A DNA stretch of 64,000 nucleotides from the human T2T-CHM13v2.0 reference genome, Homo sapiens. The position numbers were made by a program, and so were the translations under genes. Shown here piece by piece: positions 16,431 through 33,261 of the stretch. The notes beneath the pieces were generated by a model that did no database searches, was not told the origin of the DNA, and worked only from the letters and a program-made list of their open reading frames with translations. The DNA is taken from NCBI RefSeq assembly GCF_009914755.1, contig NC_060928.1. The stretch is one strand, 5' to 3'. The number at the start of each line of letters is the position of its first letter. Position 1 is the stretch's first letter.

Positions 16431-16679
16431 GATGTGCACAGGTGGGTCTGGTCTATGCCACATGGATCCCAGTAACAGCAAGGAGGCCAATGTAACAGGG
16501 GTAGAGAAGCAAAGGAGACATTTGGAGAGGCTGCCATATTTTAAAGGTTTTGTGGCCATGTTTAGATTTGGTTATAAGAGTCATAGGACACCATTGGTCT
16601 TCTGTTTTAAAGACACCTCTCGCTGCTATAGTGGGAGGAAGGAGAAATATTAGCATCAGGTACAGGTGAACCATGTTTG

Positions 16680-17090
16680 TGTCTGAGGTAGATGCCCAGC
16701 AAGATGAGATGTGCAAGGTCCATCTACATAACTGTGAAGGACAAAGGGAATGGGGGCAGAGGCAGGGAGGGGAAGCCTTCAGACAGTTGTGCCAGTGGGA
16801 GACCTTGAAAGGAGAGGTGAGCTCGGACAGCCTGAGACCCAGCATAGTGCTGAGGAGGTGCTGGCAAGGCCAATGGGGGCCGCCTGGGAAAAGCTGCTCT
16901 CTAGAAGAATCCTGTTCCAGGCATGAATAGCCTTGACCTAGTCCTCTCTCCTAGGACTGGGAAGAGCCTGGGAGAGGGTGGCCTGGTAGTCAGGAAAGAG
17001 TGGCAGCTGGGGACTGTCACCTGCCTGCTCCTTGCAGCAGGTTCTTGTGAAGGGAGAGCCAATCAGGCACCTCCATGGGCACCAGAACGT
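16680..17090 (-). mobile_element. Old ERVL LTR (LTR16/LTR33-type)
   Basis: GAAGCCTTCAGAC...TGAAAGGAGAGG...GGCCAATGGGG resembles this family; recalled consensus. Confidence 0.5.
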
Positions 17091-18899
17091 GAGCGCTTTG
17101 GACTAGGGTGGAGGTAGTGGAGGTGGTGAGGTTTTGCCGGGGTTCTAATATATTTAAAGGGGAGAACCAATGATATTTACTAAAAAATAAAATGTGAAAT
17201 GTCAGAATTCTTTGAGTTGAGATTTTGGGTGAATGGTTATGACAATTCCTAATGGAAATTGGAAAATATTTGGAAGGAATGGGTGTCAAGGTCAGATAAA
17301 GGCAGATAAGAAACTGTTTCAGGCATGTTAAGTCTGATTTAACTATTCACCATCCACTTTGATATGTGACAATGGCAGCTGGATATATTTTACTGGGCGG
17401 ATGGTGGTCTGTGGTATTCCTTCAGCTGCCATTGATGGATAGATGGCTTGTAGAGCGTGAAGACCATCGAGGAGCGGAGTACAGCTGAGGAAGAGAACGG
17501 GGTACATTCACGACACCCCAGTGCTCCGCAGCATCTAGAAATTGGGATAAGAAAATGGATCTAGCGAGAGAGTAGAAGTAGCCAGGTAGAAGAATAAGTA
17601 GTTTATATAAAAAGAGAGTGTCTGACTCAGAAAATAAGTAATGCAGATGAAAAGGAGGGGATCGATTTGAGAAACATCTACTTAGGATTGGATTATGAAG
17701 TAAAGAAAGGACTTTAAGAAGGAGGCAGTTGTCACTTGCTTCAAATCCTGACAAGAGGTGGAAAGGATGATACCTCAAATGGATCACTGGATTTAGCAGT
17801 GTGGAGGTCGGTGGTAACGCTGACAAAAGTGGTTTCAGTGGAACACTGATGAAAGCATTATTGGAGGGAATGTAAGACAGAATAAGAGAGCAAGTAAAGG
17901 CAGTGAGCATAGAAACTACTCAGAGGAAATCGGCTGTAACAAGAAACAAGATGGAGAATTGCTGTCCTCTCAAGAGAGAGGCTTATGTTTTAAGAGAGTG
18001 ACAACACAGCAAGCTTAAATGTTTGTGGGAAGGCTCTCTTAGAGAAGGCAAAAACGTATGATCCAGGAGGAAAAGGGGAGAAGCACATGGGAAAATTCTT
18101 AGAGGAATCAATAAGAGGGGATGGGATCTACTCCATGTGAAATCAGTTTTGCTTTAGAGACAACATAAGTAGGTCACCTGTTTTACCAGGAGGAGAGGCA
18201 AAGCGCCCAGGTCCAGTGCAGCTGAAGTGGTTTCCTCGCTAGTGGAAATTTGTAGACATTCTCTTCTGATTGCTTTCAAACTTCTCAGTGAAATAAGGAT
18301 CAAGTCACAGTTAGGCAAAGAGGTGCGGGGCGGGCATGGTGGAGAGTTGAGAAGGGGTGGTGTGAAAGTCACTTTGGTGGAGGGAGAGTAAATGAACTTA
18401 ATGACTCTTGTGACACTGTTGGGCAGTCCTGAGTGCCTGCTTGAGTTCATTCCTGTATATTTAACGTGAGGCCAACCAGCTGGTTTAATGTTTTTCTGTA
18501 TTCATTTCCAAGTCCTTGGGTGTGAGCACAAACACGCACAGGCCATATGTAATCATTGTGGTGGTTTTACTAGGCAGATGTGGCACAGGAAAAAGGGCAA
18601 GGTAATCGAGAGTAAATAGAAGGGGGTGGTGACAATGACTGATGTAAGATTGACGCTGGGAAATGAAGGAACTGAGAGCTGGAGGGGTGCAATTAATAGA
18701 GTGCGGGCTTTGTGGGTTCAAAATATTTAGAATGGGGGCCAAAACGGTGAAGGAGACAGCAAGAAAAGATTATGGAGGAGACAGAGTGAGTCTGGATATG
18801 AAAAAAAGTCCAGCGTGTTATCACAAGAGACAAACTGGAAGAGGCTAGATGAGCAGAATAGAGGACAAAGAACCAAGAGTCCTGGGTATTGGTAAAACC

Positions 18900-19249
18900 T
18901 GCTGTGGTCCGGATGCTTGTGTCCCTCTAGATTCCTATGTTGAAACCCTCATCTCCAAGGTGATGGCATTAGGAGGCGGGGCCTTTTGGGATGCGACGAT
19001 ATCATGAGGGCAGAACCCTTGTGAGTGAAGTTCATGCCTTATACAAGAAAGCCTAGGGCCTTCTTTCCTCTCCACCGTGAGGATGCAGTGTGCAGTGAAC
19101 TAGGTAGCGGGCTGTCACCAGACACCACACCTGCCGGCACCTGGATCTCAAACTCTCCAGCCTCCAGAACTGTGAGGAAGACATTACTGTTGTTCATAAA
19201 CCACCCAATCTATGGTATTTTGCTACAGCAGCCAAAGTGGACTAAGACA
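18900..19249 (+). mobile_element. MaLR LTR (MLT1A0-like)
   Basis: TGCTGTGGTCCGGATGCTTGTGTCCC...GGACTAAGACA. Confidence 0.85.
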
Positions 19250-19932
19250 GATCATTTACATGGGTAGAAAAATCGCCAGGAATAGCGATGGTGAGAAAAA
19301 CAGCAAGCCAGACACAAGAATCACCCATGATGAAGAGGATGGTAAATGACTAGGGAGAGTGACAGAAGGCCCAGTCCCCTGACATGAGCCTTGATGGAAC
19401 TGGAGCTTTTAGCAGGAACCAGGGCAAATGGGCTTGAGGCAGCCCAGTAGTGTGCATGGTGTGAAAGGGAAAAACAGCCCTCAGTTGACAGTGTAGTACT
19501 TTCCTAGGGCTTCTGTAGCAAAACACCATGCACTTAATGCCTTCAATCAACAAACATTTATTCTCTCCCAATTATGGAAGCCAGAAGTCTGCAGTCAGTA
19601 TCACTGGGCCAAAATCAGGGTGTCAGCACTGTCACCCTCCCTTGGTGGCTCCATAAGGAAACCGGTTCCTTGTCTCTCAGCTTCTGGTGACTGCCAGCTT
19701 TCATTGGCTTGTGGCCACATCACTCCAATATTTAGGGTCAACATTTTTTGATCTCCCTCTGCTCTGTCTTCATATCTCTTTCTCCTCTGTGTGCCCTAAA
19801 ATCTCCCTCCTCATCTCGTAACAGAATATGTGTGATGTGTGATTGCATTCAGGGTCCATCTGAACAATCCAGGACAATCTCCCCATCTTGAGAACTTAAT
19901 CATATCTGCAAAGGCTTTCTTTTCTTGCCATA

Positions 19933-20675
19933 TGTTATGGTCACCTGCAAAGACATATGGGCCCCTGAGGTTTGATTTGAATGTTGAGGCTGATGATGCC
20001 ACACACAAGCTAAGGGGGTATGAAAGATTCATTACTCACATACTTCAGGCTTCTGGGGAGAGCAGGTGGGCCTCACAAGCAGATCCAATGTGACCTAAGA
20101 AAGCAAGGGAAGAAGACTGGCCCAAGATGTTATAGTGGTTAGGGGTGGGGCTGGGGTGGGGTCAAAGTTCCCATGTGTGGGAAGGGCTCGTATGGTTTGA
20201 CTCCCCCACCAGTGCCAAGGGAGGGGGCTCCCCATCTTTCCTGTTGGCTTATCCAGATGCAGGCATAAAGGAATACCAAGGGGTGAGGCCTAGAAGCTGT
20301 CAGGAGTCAAACATCAAGAAATGGGGCCAGTCTGGGCCTGGTGGCTCATGCCTATAATCCTAGCTGGGAAGCTGAGGCCCAGAACTTTGGGAGGCCCAGC
20401 ACTTGAGGCCAGGAGTCTGAGACCAGCCTGGCCAACATGGTGAAACCCTGTCTCTACCAAAATATAAAAGTTAGCCAGGGGTGGCGGCACATGCCTGTAG
20501 TCTGTAATCCCAGTTACTTGGGAGGCTGAGGCAGAAGAATCACTTGAGCTCAGGAGGCAGAGGTTGCAGTGAGCCGAGCTCACACCACTGCACTCCAGCC
20601 TGGGTGACAGAGTGAGACCCTTCCTCAAAAAAAAAAAAAAAAAAAAAAGGGAGGGAGGCCAGACTACTCATTACA
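19933..20675 (-). mobile_element. ERVL-type solo LTR (MER54-like; family tentative)
   Basis: TG...CA ends; 5-bp TSD CCATA/TCATA inside MLT1. Confidence 0.65.
20330..20648 (+). mobile_element. Old Alu with rearranged left arm
   Basis: Alu arms and A-tail; internal short duplications. Confidence 0.9.
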
Positions 20676-20894
20676 TCATATAAGGCAATTTTCCCAGGTT
20701 CTAAGGTTCTAGAGATTAGGAACTGGCTATCCTGGGGTGGGTGGTAGAGTCCAGCCTACCACAGGGAGTTATGAAACATAAGCATGTCCTCAAGGGGGAA
20801 CTGAGATTAGGGTTCGATCAGAAATAGGAGGGGCGTATGAAAGAAGTCAGTGCTATAGATTTTTATGTAGTTACCAATGAGCTGAAACCCATTT

Positions 20895-21005
20895 CCCCAT
20901 TTTATCTGTTTTGTTCATTGCTGTGTTCTCAGCTTCTACAACAGTACTTGGAACGTAGTTGGCATTTGATAAATATTTTCTAAATAAATAAATGAATAAA
21001 AATGG
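20895..21005 (+). mobile_element. L2 3' end
   Basis: TGTTTTGTTCATTGCTGTG...AAATAAATGAAT. Confidence 0.75.
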
Positions 21006-21460
21006 ACGACATTTCTAATGTAAAGAAGTTATTGGAAAATCACAATGGAAAGTTGGATTTGAAATTTAGGCATCTTCACAAAGTTCATATGCATTATTAC
21101 TTTAAAATTCTGTAGCGTGGAAGGGAGATGGCAGGGGAGTATGTCACTTTGTGACACAAATGAATGAACCATGCTGATTTCATGGAAAACCCTATCTAAA
21201 ATTCTGAAACAGAACACCCTGCCTCCCACCTGACATAGCTGCTTCTGTTAGCGTTTTCCAGCCCTGTGTCTCCATGCAGAACAACCCCAACCGCCTGCTC
21301 TGTTGTGGGTAAACACGCTGCCTTTCCAAGCACTCTGAATACACCACAGACGTGTCCTACCCACAAACGTCTTCCTGGTGGCGCCCCTTCAAATCTAGGA
21401 TCTACAATATGGAAAGAAAATTTTATTTAAGTAGCTGTTCATAAGACACTAACTGAAAGA

Positions 21461-21500
21461 TGTGCGCGCGTGCACACACACACACACACACACACACACG
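21461..21500. repeat. (CG)/(CA)n alternating purine-pyrimidine tract
   Basis: TGTGCGCGCGTG(CA)nCG, 40 bp. Confidence 0.95.
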
Positions 21501-21622
21501 ATGTACAGTGTCACAGAGGCTCTAGCTATGGTTATTGGACTTCCGAAGGATGCAGAAGGAGAAAGAGAGTGATAATTAACCATTACGTTAGAGCAAAACC
21601 CAAGATGGTTCCTGCACGTTGA

Positions 21623-21952
<330 letters not shown>

Positions 21953-22340
21953 TAATTACCACAAAATAATGCACTAGATCTTCATATTTCCTCCCACGGG
22001 GCACTCATTCACCAAGGGACTCATTTCCAAGGTCTTTCACCCTATTTCTTTTCTTTTGAAAAATATTCAGGGAATGAGAGTTTAATATAAATTGTCATTA
22101 GCCAATATTCTTAGCCAGTCCTACACCTTTAAGATGGCCCGTCTTGACGTCTTGTTCAATGGTTGCCAAGCCGGCAAGTGAGCATGCACATCCTCTTGGA
22201 TTTCGTCCCCAAATACAAGAGGAAAGAAACAACGTCTCCCACTGTGAAGGATGGTGGCATCGTTAGTGGGAGGGTGTCCACTATATCTGTCTTCTTCTAC
22301 TGCCCTGTATTTTCTCATATCACAGCTTGACCTCTCTAAA

Positions 22341-22420
22341 TCTGATGGAAGGAGAAAGACTGAAGTCAGAGAGGCTTGTATCTGATGGAAGGAGAAAGAC
22401 TGAAGTCAGAGAGGCGTGTA
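22341..22420. repeat. Tandem duplication, 40 bp x2
   Basis: TCTGATGGAAGGAGAAAGACTGAAGTCAGAGAGGCKTGTA twice, 1 mismatch. Confidence 0.95.
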
Positions 22421-23502
22421 CGGAGCTTTGAGTTTTATTGTTTGACACGCAAGGGTCTGATACTTTTGTTTCTGGTCTCCTGTCAGGGTGCCACTGACAG
22501 GGCCTTACACTCTGCTGAATGTAGCCCGTAGCCCTTTGGTGAGCACCTTGGCCTGCACAGAAGGCCCCTGTGCTCAGCAGAGTCTTCAGGGAGAAATTCA
22601 CTTCTGGGTTTTCTCGGCGCCTGAGAATCCTCTTCAAGGTCTCAGTCTTCCATCTCTAGTCCTGCTCTGCCCTCTCTCTGAGTTCACTAAGATTGTGGAT
22701 CTTCTAGGTTTTCACAATGGACTTTTCCTTCTCATTTTGCCCTGCTCTGTGCTTTGTACTTGTGCAGCATGCAGTTGTCTGAGCCCTGTGCAGAGTCTCA
22801 ACTCCCAGCCCTCTTGTTTACCTAGCATTGTGAATGCACACTGTGATTCTGGGTGGCATTTCTCTGGAGCTGTGCATTCCAGGATTCCGGTCAAGAGAGA
22901 AATAATGCTCACATGCTTCCTCGGAGGACTAGGACTGACCCCGCTGCATGCATCTGAAGAGGTAATGGTCCCTACAGTGTGGTCCTTTTTGGGCAAGGCT
23001 TGTTAATATCTGCTCTTTCATTACTGTGTAGTAGGGCAAAGTCACTGCAAATGGCCGTTTCCCGGTTTCTAATGTCCTGCTTTTCCTAGCCCCCTAAGGT
23101 ACTTTGACCACTGGTTATGAACAAGGCTGTTGGCTATTCTATTTTCAAACAGCAGTCGTCTGTTAGGAATAACTATCAATTTAATGGCGCCAATGGCCAT
23201 CAAAACAAAGAAAATTACACAGTAAGTCTGTCTTTCTTTCTCGAAGGGAATCATTTGCATCTCACTGTGGTACCAAGTGTCGCCGTTTCCCTCAACATGC
23301 TGGTAACCATCAGTCCCACAACAGAGTGAACCAAGAATGCAGAGGGCTTTTTGTGCTCAATATCTTTGCTTTGGCCAAGGAAACACTTTCCATAATATCA
23401 CGTTTACTTTTTTAACTTTTATAGTACAGAGTGAAACATGTAGAAAATAGTAGCTGTCTCGAAAGAGATGGGAAGACTAAGCCTAGTGATGAATGAGGCA
23501 CA

Positions 23503-23602
23503 CATAGAAAGGGACAGGTGCACCAGGACATGGGTGGGGATGGTCCCTGCTCCATAGAAAGGGACAGGTGCACCAGGACACGGGTGGGGATGGTCCCTGC
23601 TC
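23503..23602. repeat. Tandem duplication, 50 bp x2
   Basis: CATAGAAAGGGACAGGTGCACCAGGACAYGGGTGGGGATGGTCCCTGCTC twice, 1 mismatch. Confidence 0.95.
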
Positions 23603-24102
23603 CTCATGTCTGTGCGAGGCTTTCATTTGCAGGCTTCACAGTGCTTTAGAATAATGTGTTCATGGAATAAAGAGAAAGGTAGCATGGGAGGAAAATGTTT
23701 TCATACAAAGCGAGGAAATTAAATATCACTTGATTCAACTGGGTATTTTAAGGGGAAAATTACATGATTAAATCACACCCATGGAAGTTTGGTTTAGAAT
23801 TCCATTATCTAAGATGGATTAACATTTCCAAGGCCCTAAACTGTGTATTAGAAAGAAATCCTAATTGCATCAAAATAAATGAAATGTTATATTTTTGTTA
23901 TTAGTTTTTGAGTGCCTTTCAACCCAGAAGAAAACTAAACTTGATTTAAAAAAAAAACAGCTTTATAACAAGATGTTAGAGGTGATAAATTTAAAGTTTG
24001 AATAGGAAGAGCATGGTCTGGGACTAGAAACACTGTAGGACAGAGATGTTCCTTTCCACCTATTTAGTTATTCATTTAATAACAGGCTACAGGTATCACC
24101 TA

Positions 24103-24390
24103 TTTTTTTTTTTTTTTTTTTGAAACTGAGTCTCAGTCTCTCGCCCAGGCTGGAGTTCAGTGGTGCAATCTAGGCTCACTGCAACCTCCACCTCCTGGGT
24201 TCAAGCAATTCTCTGCCTCAGCTGGGATTACAGGCGCCCGTCACCACACCCAGCTAATTTTTTTGTATTTTTAGTGGAGACGGGTTTTCACCATCTTGGC
24301 CAAGCTGGTCCTGAACTCCTGACCTCGTGATCCACCCGCCGCGTCTTCCCAAAGTGCTGGGATTACAGGCATGAGCCACCGCGCACGGCC
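24103..24390 (-). mobile_element. AluS
   Basis: Reverse Alu with a small internal deletion. Confidence 0.93.
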
Positions 24391-24821
24391 CTATCATCCA
24401 TTCTTGATTGCACATCCTCTTTTGGCTTCCGTGAAAGCATACTGCTATGTTTTATTTCTGCCTCTCTTGTTACCCGCCGTTATCAATCCTAGGCTCCTTT
24501 CTCCCATGCTCCTGCCTCTATATGGTGTTGCTGAGGTCCACCTTTCCTCTCTCATCCATCACTAAGGTTGCTAGAAGATCCTTGTTCTCAGGGTGTCACT
24601 CACACACATGACTCTCAAATCAAAGTAGCCAGCAGAACCTCCACGCTGTGATCCAATCTAGAATTTCCAAGCTGTCTTCTGGATATTTCTTTTTGAATAT
24701 TTGAACCAACAGTACTGTACTTTAACTCTTCCTCTGCTTTCTTCCCAAGGCTCCTAGCTTCTGTGTTACCATTTGTGACTTTTCCATTAAGAAAAAATCT
24801 GTTACGAGTTATTTCACCTAA

Positions 24822-25209
<388 letters not shown>

Positions 25210-27431
25210 TGGGATCTTGTTAAAGACACAGACCCCAATTAAGATTGGGGAATCAGAGCCTTTGGAGACTTGGGAACTCGTGCTGTACTCATGACTTCAC
25301 GTGGTTCTCATACACACTAAGGTGAGAGAACCATAACCCTGGACAGCAGAGAGGATACTTTTTGTTAATTAAATGCCACACTTTATTTCAAGATATTAGA
25401 TTAGGTATTATTGACAGCTGTTTGCAAAACCCAGGAAGGCATTTTATCAATAGCTACTATTCATTTTCAGTTTGCTTCATTCCAACTTGCTGTGTATTTT
25501 AGTTGCTCTTTCGGTTTAAAGCAAATGAACCAACTCTGACTAGATTTAAACAAAAAGCGAATCTAAGCGAACCTATTGGGAGAACACTAGGTTATCTCAT
25601 GGAGATGTGGTAAAGTAGAGAATAGGGAGGGACTAGATCAACTCCAGGTACCTTGGCAGTGAAACCTCGTGGATCTTCTCGCCACTGAATTTCCTTCAGT
25701 TGGACTTTGGCTCCTGTCACTTGCAACCTGTACTTCCACCCCTGCTCCCAAATTTAATTTTATTTTTTAAAATTGCTTTTAAATGACATGTAATAATTGT
25801 ACATATTTCGGAATACAAAGAGATATTTCCATACATGGATGTAATGTATAATTACCATATTGTGGTAATTAGCATATCTATCATGTATAACACAAAGAAT
25901 TTATCATTTCTTTGTGTTGGGAATATTCAAAATCCTCTTTTCTAGCTATTTGAAAATACACAATAAATTATTGTTAACTATCATCACCCTTACAGGGCTA
26001 TAGAAACTAGAGCTGACTCCTATCCAGTTGTAATTTTGTATCTCTCCTTATCCTTCTCTCCTCCTATAGTCTCCAACTGACAGTAACCATAACTCTACTC
26101 TCTGCTTCTAGAGCTCAATGTTTTAGCTCCCATACATGGGTGAGAACATGCGGTATTTATCTTTTTGTGTCTGACTTATTTCATTTAACATAATGTCCTC
26201 CAGGCTCATCCTTGTTGCTGTGAGTGACAAGACTTCATTCTTTTTTATGACAGAATAGTATATCATTGTGTGTAGTTACCACACTTTATCCACTCATCTG
26301 ATGATAGACTCTTAGGCTGACTCCATATCTTGGCTATTGTGGATAGTGCTTCAGTAGACATGGGAGTGCAGATATCTCTTTGAGATACTGATTTTCTTTC
26401 TTTTGGATGAATAGCGAGTAGAGGGATTGTTAGATCATATGGTAGTTCTATTCTTAGTTTTTCGAGGAAACTCCATACGGTTTTTCATAATGGCCATACT
26501 AATTTACAATCCCACCAACAGTATGTAGGAGCTCCCTTTTCTCTGCATCCTCACCAGCATCTGTTATTTTTGTCTTGTTGATAGTAGCCATTTTAACTGG
26601 GACAAGAGAATATCTCATTGTGGTTTTGATTTGCATTTCCATAATGATTAATGACGTCATTTTTTAAAATGTTCTTTTTGCCCATTTGTATGTCCTTTTT
26701 TCAGAAATGTCTTTCAGATTCTTTGGCCACTGTAAAATCAGATTTTTTTTTGCTTTTTTATTTTTTTGCTGTTGTTTGAATTCCTTGTATATTCTGAGCA
26801 TTAATCTCTTGTTGGATGAATAGTTCGCAAATATTTTCTCCCATCCTAAAGTGGTCTTTCTATTCTGTTGATTACTTCCTTTGCTGTGCATAAGGTTTTT
26901 AGTTTGATATAGTCTCATTTGTCTATTTTTACGTTTGTTGCTTGTACTTGTAAAGTCTTACCTATAAAAGCTTCACCCAGTCTCAAGTCCTAAAGTGTTT
27001 CCCCCATGTTGTCTTCTAGGAATTGTATAGTTTTGGGTCTTAAACTTAAGTCTTTAATCCATTTTGAATTTATTTTCATGTATGGTGTGAGAGAGAGAGA
27101 GAGAGGTCTAGATTTATTCTTCTGCATATGCATATCCACTTTTCAACATTTTTGGTGACTTTGTCAAAAAGTCAGGTGACTGTAAATAAGAGAATTTATT
27201 TCTGGGTTTTCTAGTCTGTTCCATTGGTTTATGTGTCTGCTTTTATACCAGTGTCATGCTGTTTTGATTACTAGAGCTTTGTAGTATATTTTGAGGACAG
27301 GTAGTATAATACTTCCAGCTTTGTTCTTTGTGCTTAGAATTGCATTAGCTATTCAGGGTATTTTGTGGTTCCATACAAGATTTGGAATATTTTTTCTATT
27401 TCTGTGAGGAATATCATTGGTATTTTGATAG

Positions 27432-28179
<748 letters not shown>

Positions 28180-29770
28180 ACAGGAATTGCACTAAATCTG
28201 TAGCTTGCTTTGATTAAGATGGTCATTTTAACAATATTGACTGTTCCAATCTGAACATGGAATTTTTCTTTTTTGGTGGGTGTGTCCTTTTCAATTTTTC
28301 TCATCGGTGTTTTGTAGTTTTCATTGTAGAGGTCTTTTATCTCCTTGGTTAAATTTATTTCTAGGTACTTTATTTTTTTGTAGCTATTAAAAATGGGATT
28401 GCTTTTTTGATTTCTTCAGCTAGTTTGTTATTGGTATATAGACTTGCTATTAATTCTTATATGTTGATTTTATATTCTGCAACTTTACCAAATTCATTGA
28501 TCAGTTCCAAGAATTCTGTGGTGAAGTCTTTAGGTTTTTCTCTATATAAGATTATGTCATCTGCAAAGAGGGACAATTTGATTTTCTCTTTTCCAATTTT
28601 GCTGTATTGTATTGCTTTCTCTTGCTTAACTGCCCTGGCTAGGAATTCCAGTACAGTGTTGAATAAGAGTAGTGAAAATGGGCGTTCTTGTCTGGTTCCA
28701 GCTCCTAGAGGAAAAGTTTTTCCCCATTCAGTATGCTGTCAGCTGTGGGTTTGTTACATACGGCCTTTATTATTTTGAGGTACACTCCTTCCATGCCTAA
28801 TTTATTGAGAATTTTTTGTCATGAAGGGATGTTGAGTTTTATCAGGTGCTTTTTCTGTATCTATTGAGATGATCCTATGGCTTTTGCCCTTAATTCCGTT
28901 GATGTGATGTATCACATTTATTGATTTGGGTATACCAAAACATCCTTGCATTTTTAGGACTAATCCCATTTGAACATGGGTGTATAATTTTTTTGATGTG
29001 CTGTTAGATTCAGTTTGCTGGTATTTTGTTCAGGATTTTTGCATTTAGGTGCATCAGGGATACTGATCTGTAGTTTTGTCGCTATTGCTTTTGTGTCCTG
29101 GTCTGGTTTGGGTAGCAGAGTAATGCTGGTCTGCTAGAAGAAGTTTGGAAATGATCCCTTCTCTTCCATTTTTTTGAAGAGCTTGTGTCAAATTGGTATT
29201 AGTTCTTTAAATCTTTGGGAGAATTCAGCAGTGGAGCCACCAGGTCCTGGGCTTTTCTTTGATGGGAGACTTTTTATGATGGCTTCATTCATATTGCCCA
29301 TTATTGGTTTGTTGAGGTTTTCTTTTTCTTCATGGTTTCATGTTGGTAGGTTGTATGTGTGCAGGGATTTATTCATTTCTTCTAGTTTTTCCTATTTGCT
29401 GGTGGATAGTTGTTCATAATAGTCTCTAATGATTGTTTGTATTTCTGTGGTCTCAGTTGTTAGTCTTCTTTTTTGTTTCTGATTTTATTTATTTGGGTCT
29501 TCTCTCTCTTCTCTTAGTTTAGCTAACAGTTTATCAATTTTTGTTTGTCTTTTCAAAAAGGCAAGTTTTCATTTCATCGATCTTTTGTAATTTTTTTTTA
29601 GTCTCTACTATGTTTAGTTCTGCTCTGATCTTTATTTATTTATTTTCTAGTTTAAAATTTTGGGTTTAGTTTGTTCTTCCTTTACTAGTTCATTGATGTG
29701 CATTGTTAGATTGTTTATTTGAAATCTTTCTACTTTTTTAAAGCAGGCATTTATTTCTATAAATTTATTC

Positions 29771-30020
29771 CTGGGGATCAACTTACCTCTTTCTGTGTGG
29801 TGAGGAGTGTCTCTTGGGATGAGCCGATCCCAGCCAGGCTCTTCACTTTCCTCTTTATGCTGCCATCTCCAGTCTCTGTGCCTCAGAAGGTCTTTATCAC
29901 TTTCTTGCTGAATTCCAGTGTTTTCTCCTATACACTCTATTTGATGTGTTGTTTTCTAATTGTTTTGGTCCTTTGTGGAGTAGGAGAGCACTGGGCATCT
30001 CTTATCAGCCTTCTTGATGA
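29771..30020 (-). mobile_element. L1M-type 5' UTR end
   Basis: Antisense 5'-end-like sequence ending TCAGCCTTCTTGA (compare CAAGATGGCTGA). Confidence 0.55.
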
Positions 30021-30147
30021 CATCTGGATAGGACAATATTGATCAATGATATATCTAGAAGCAATTTTGAATAAATAATATAGTGTTATAGGTTATAATT
30101 AAATATGTAAACCAAAAATAAATAAAGGAAAGGAAGAAAAACCTCCC

Positions 30148-32940
<2,793 letters not shown>

Positions 32941-33261
32941 TAAACCTCTTTTGTATGCCTGGTGGGAGAGTCAAAGATCCCTGTTCTTAAGGATGTAAAT
33001 ATATACACAGATAATATAGTTATTGAATAACTTGGGTTTGAGGGAAGTAAAAATAGTTGTTTTCTAGCATAAAAGTAATTCCTTTTTCAAAGCTTCAAAT
33101 TAATTTTGGATCAGTGGGAGGATCATTTTTAAACTTAATAAATGAGTGAAAGTCCAGTTAAAACAGAAGAATAAGAACAGTTCATTTTAAGTAGACTCTC
33201 ACAAGCTTGGTCAAATCAAATGCTCTAGGACCTTCTCGTATATTTTAGGATACTTTACTTG

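Larger units (their letters stand above)
16120..18895 (-). mobile_element. Long fragmented L2, containing a VNTR and an LTR
   Basis: Purine-rich antisense L2 motifs (GGCATGTTAAGTCTG, CACTGGATTTAGCA, GCAAGTAAAGGCAGTGAGCATAGAAACT); boundaries approximate. Confidence 0.65.
19492..20763 (-). mobile_element. MaLR LTR (MLT1C/D-like) split by a nested LTR and Alu
   Basis: TTCCTAGGGCTTCTGTAGCAAA start; resumes TAAGGCAATT at 20681; ends CAGCCTACCACA. Confidence 0.8.

Noticed and set aside
16028-16653. ORFs of up to 169 aa, and a CRISPR-like regular spacing
   Set aside because: Translations of the 62-bp repeat. Units are contiguous with no unique spacers, there are no cas genes, and the DNA is eukaryotic. 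The same holds for the 73- and 83-bp arrays
22488-23006. 172-aa ORF in unique DNA
   Set aside because: Non-ATG start, no recognisable domain, composition typical of random ORFs
29770-29790. Spliced L1 insertion
   Set aside because: The GTAAGT donor is still present, so the junction is not a splice product
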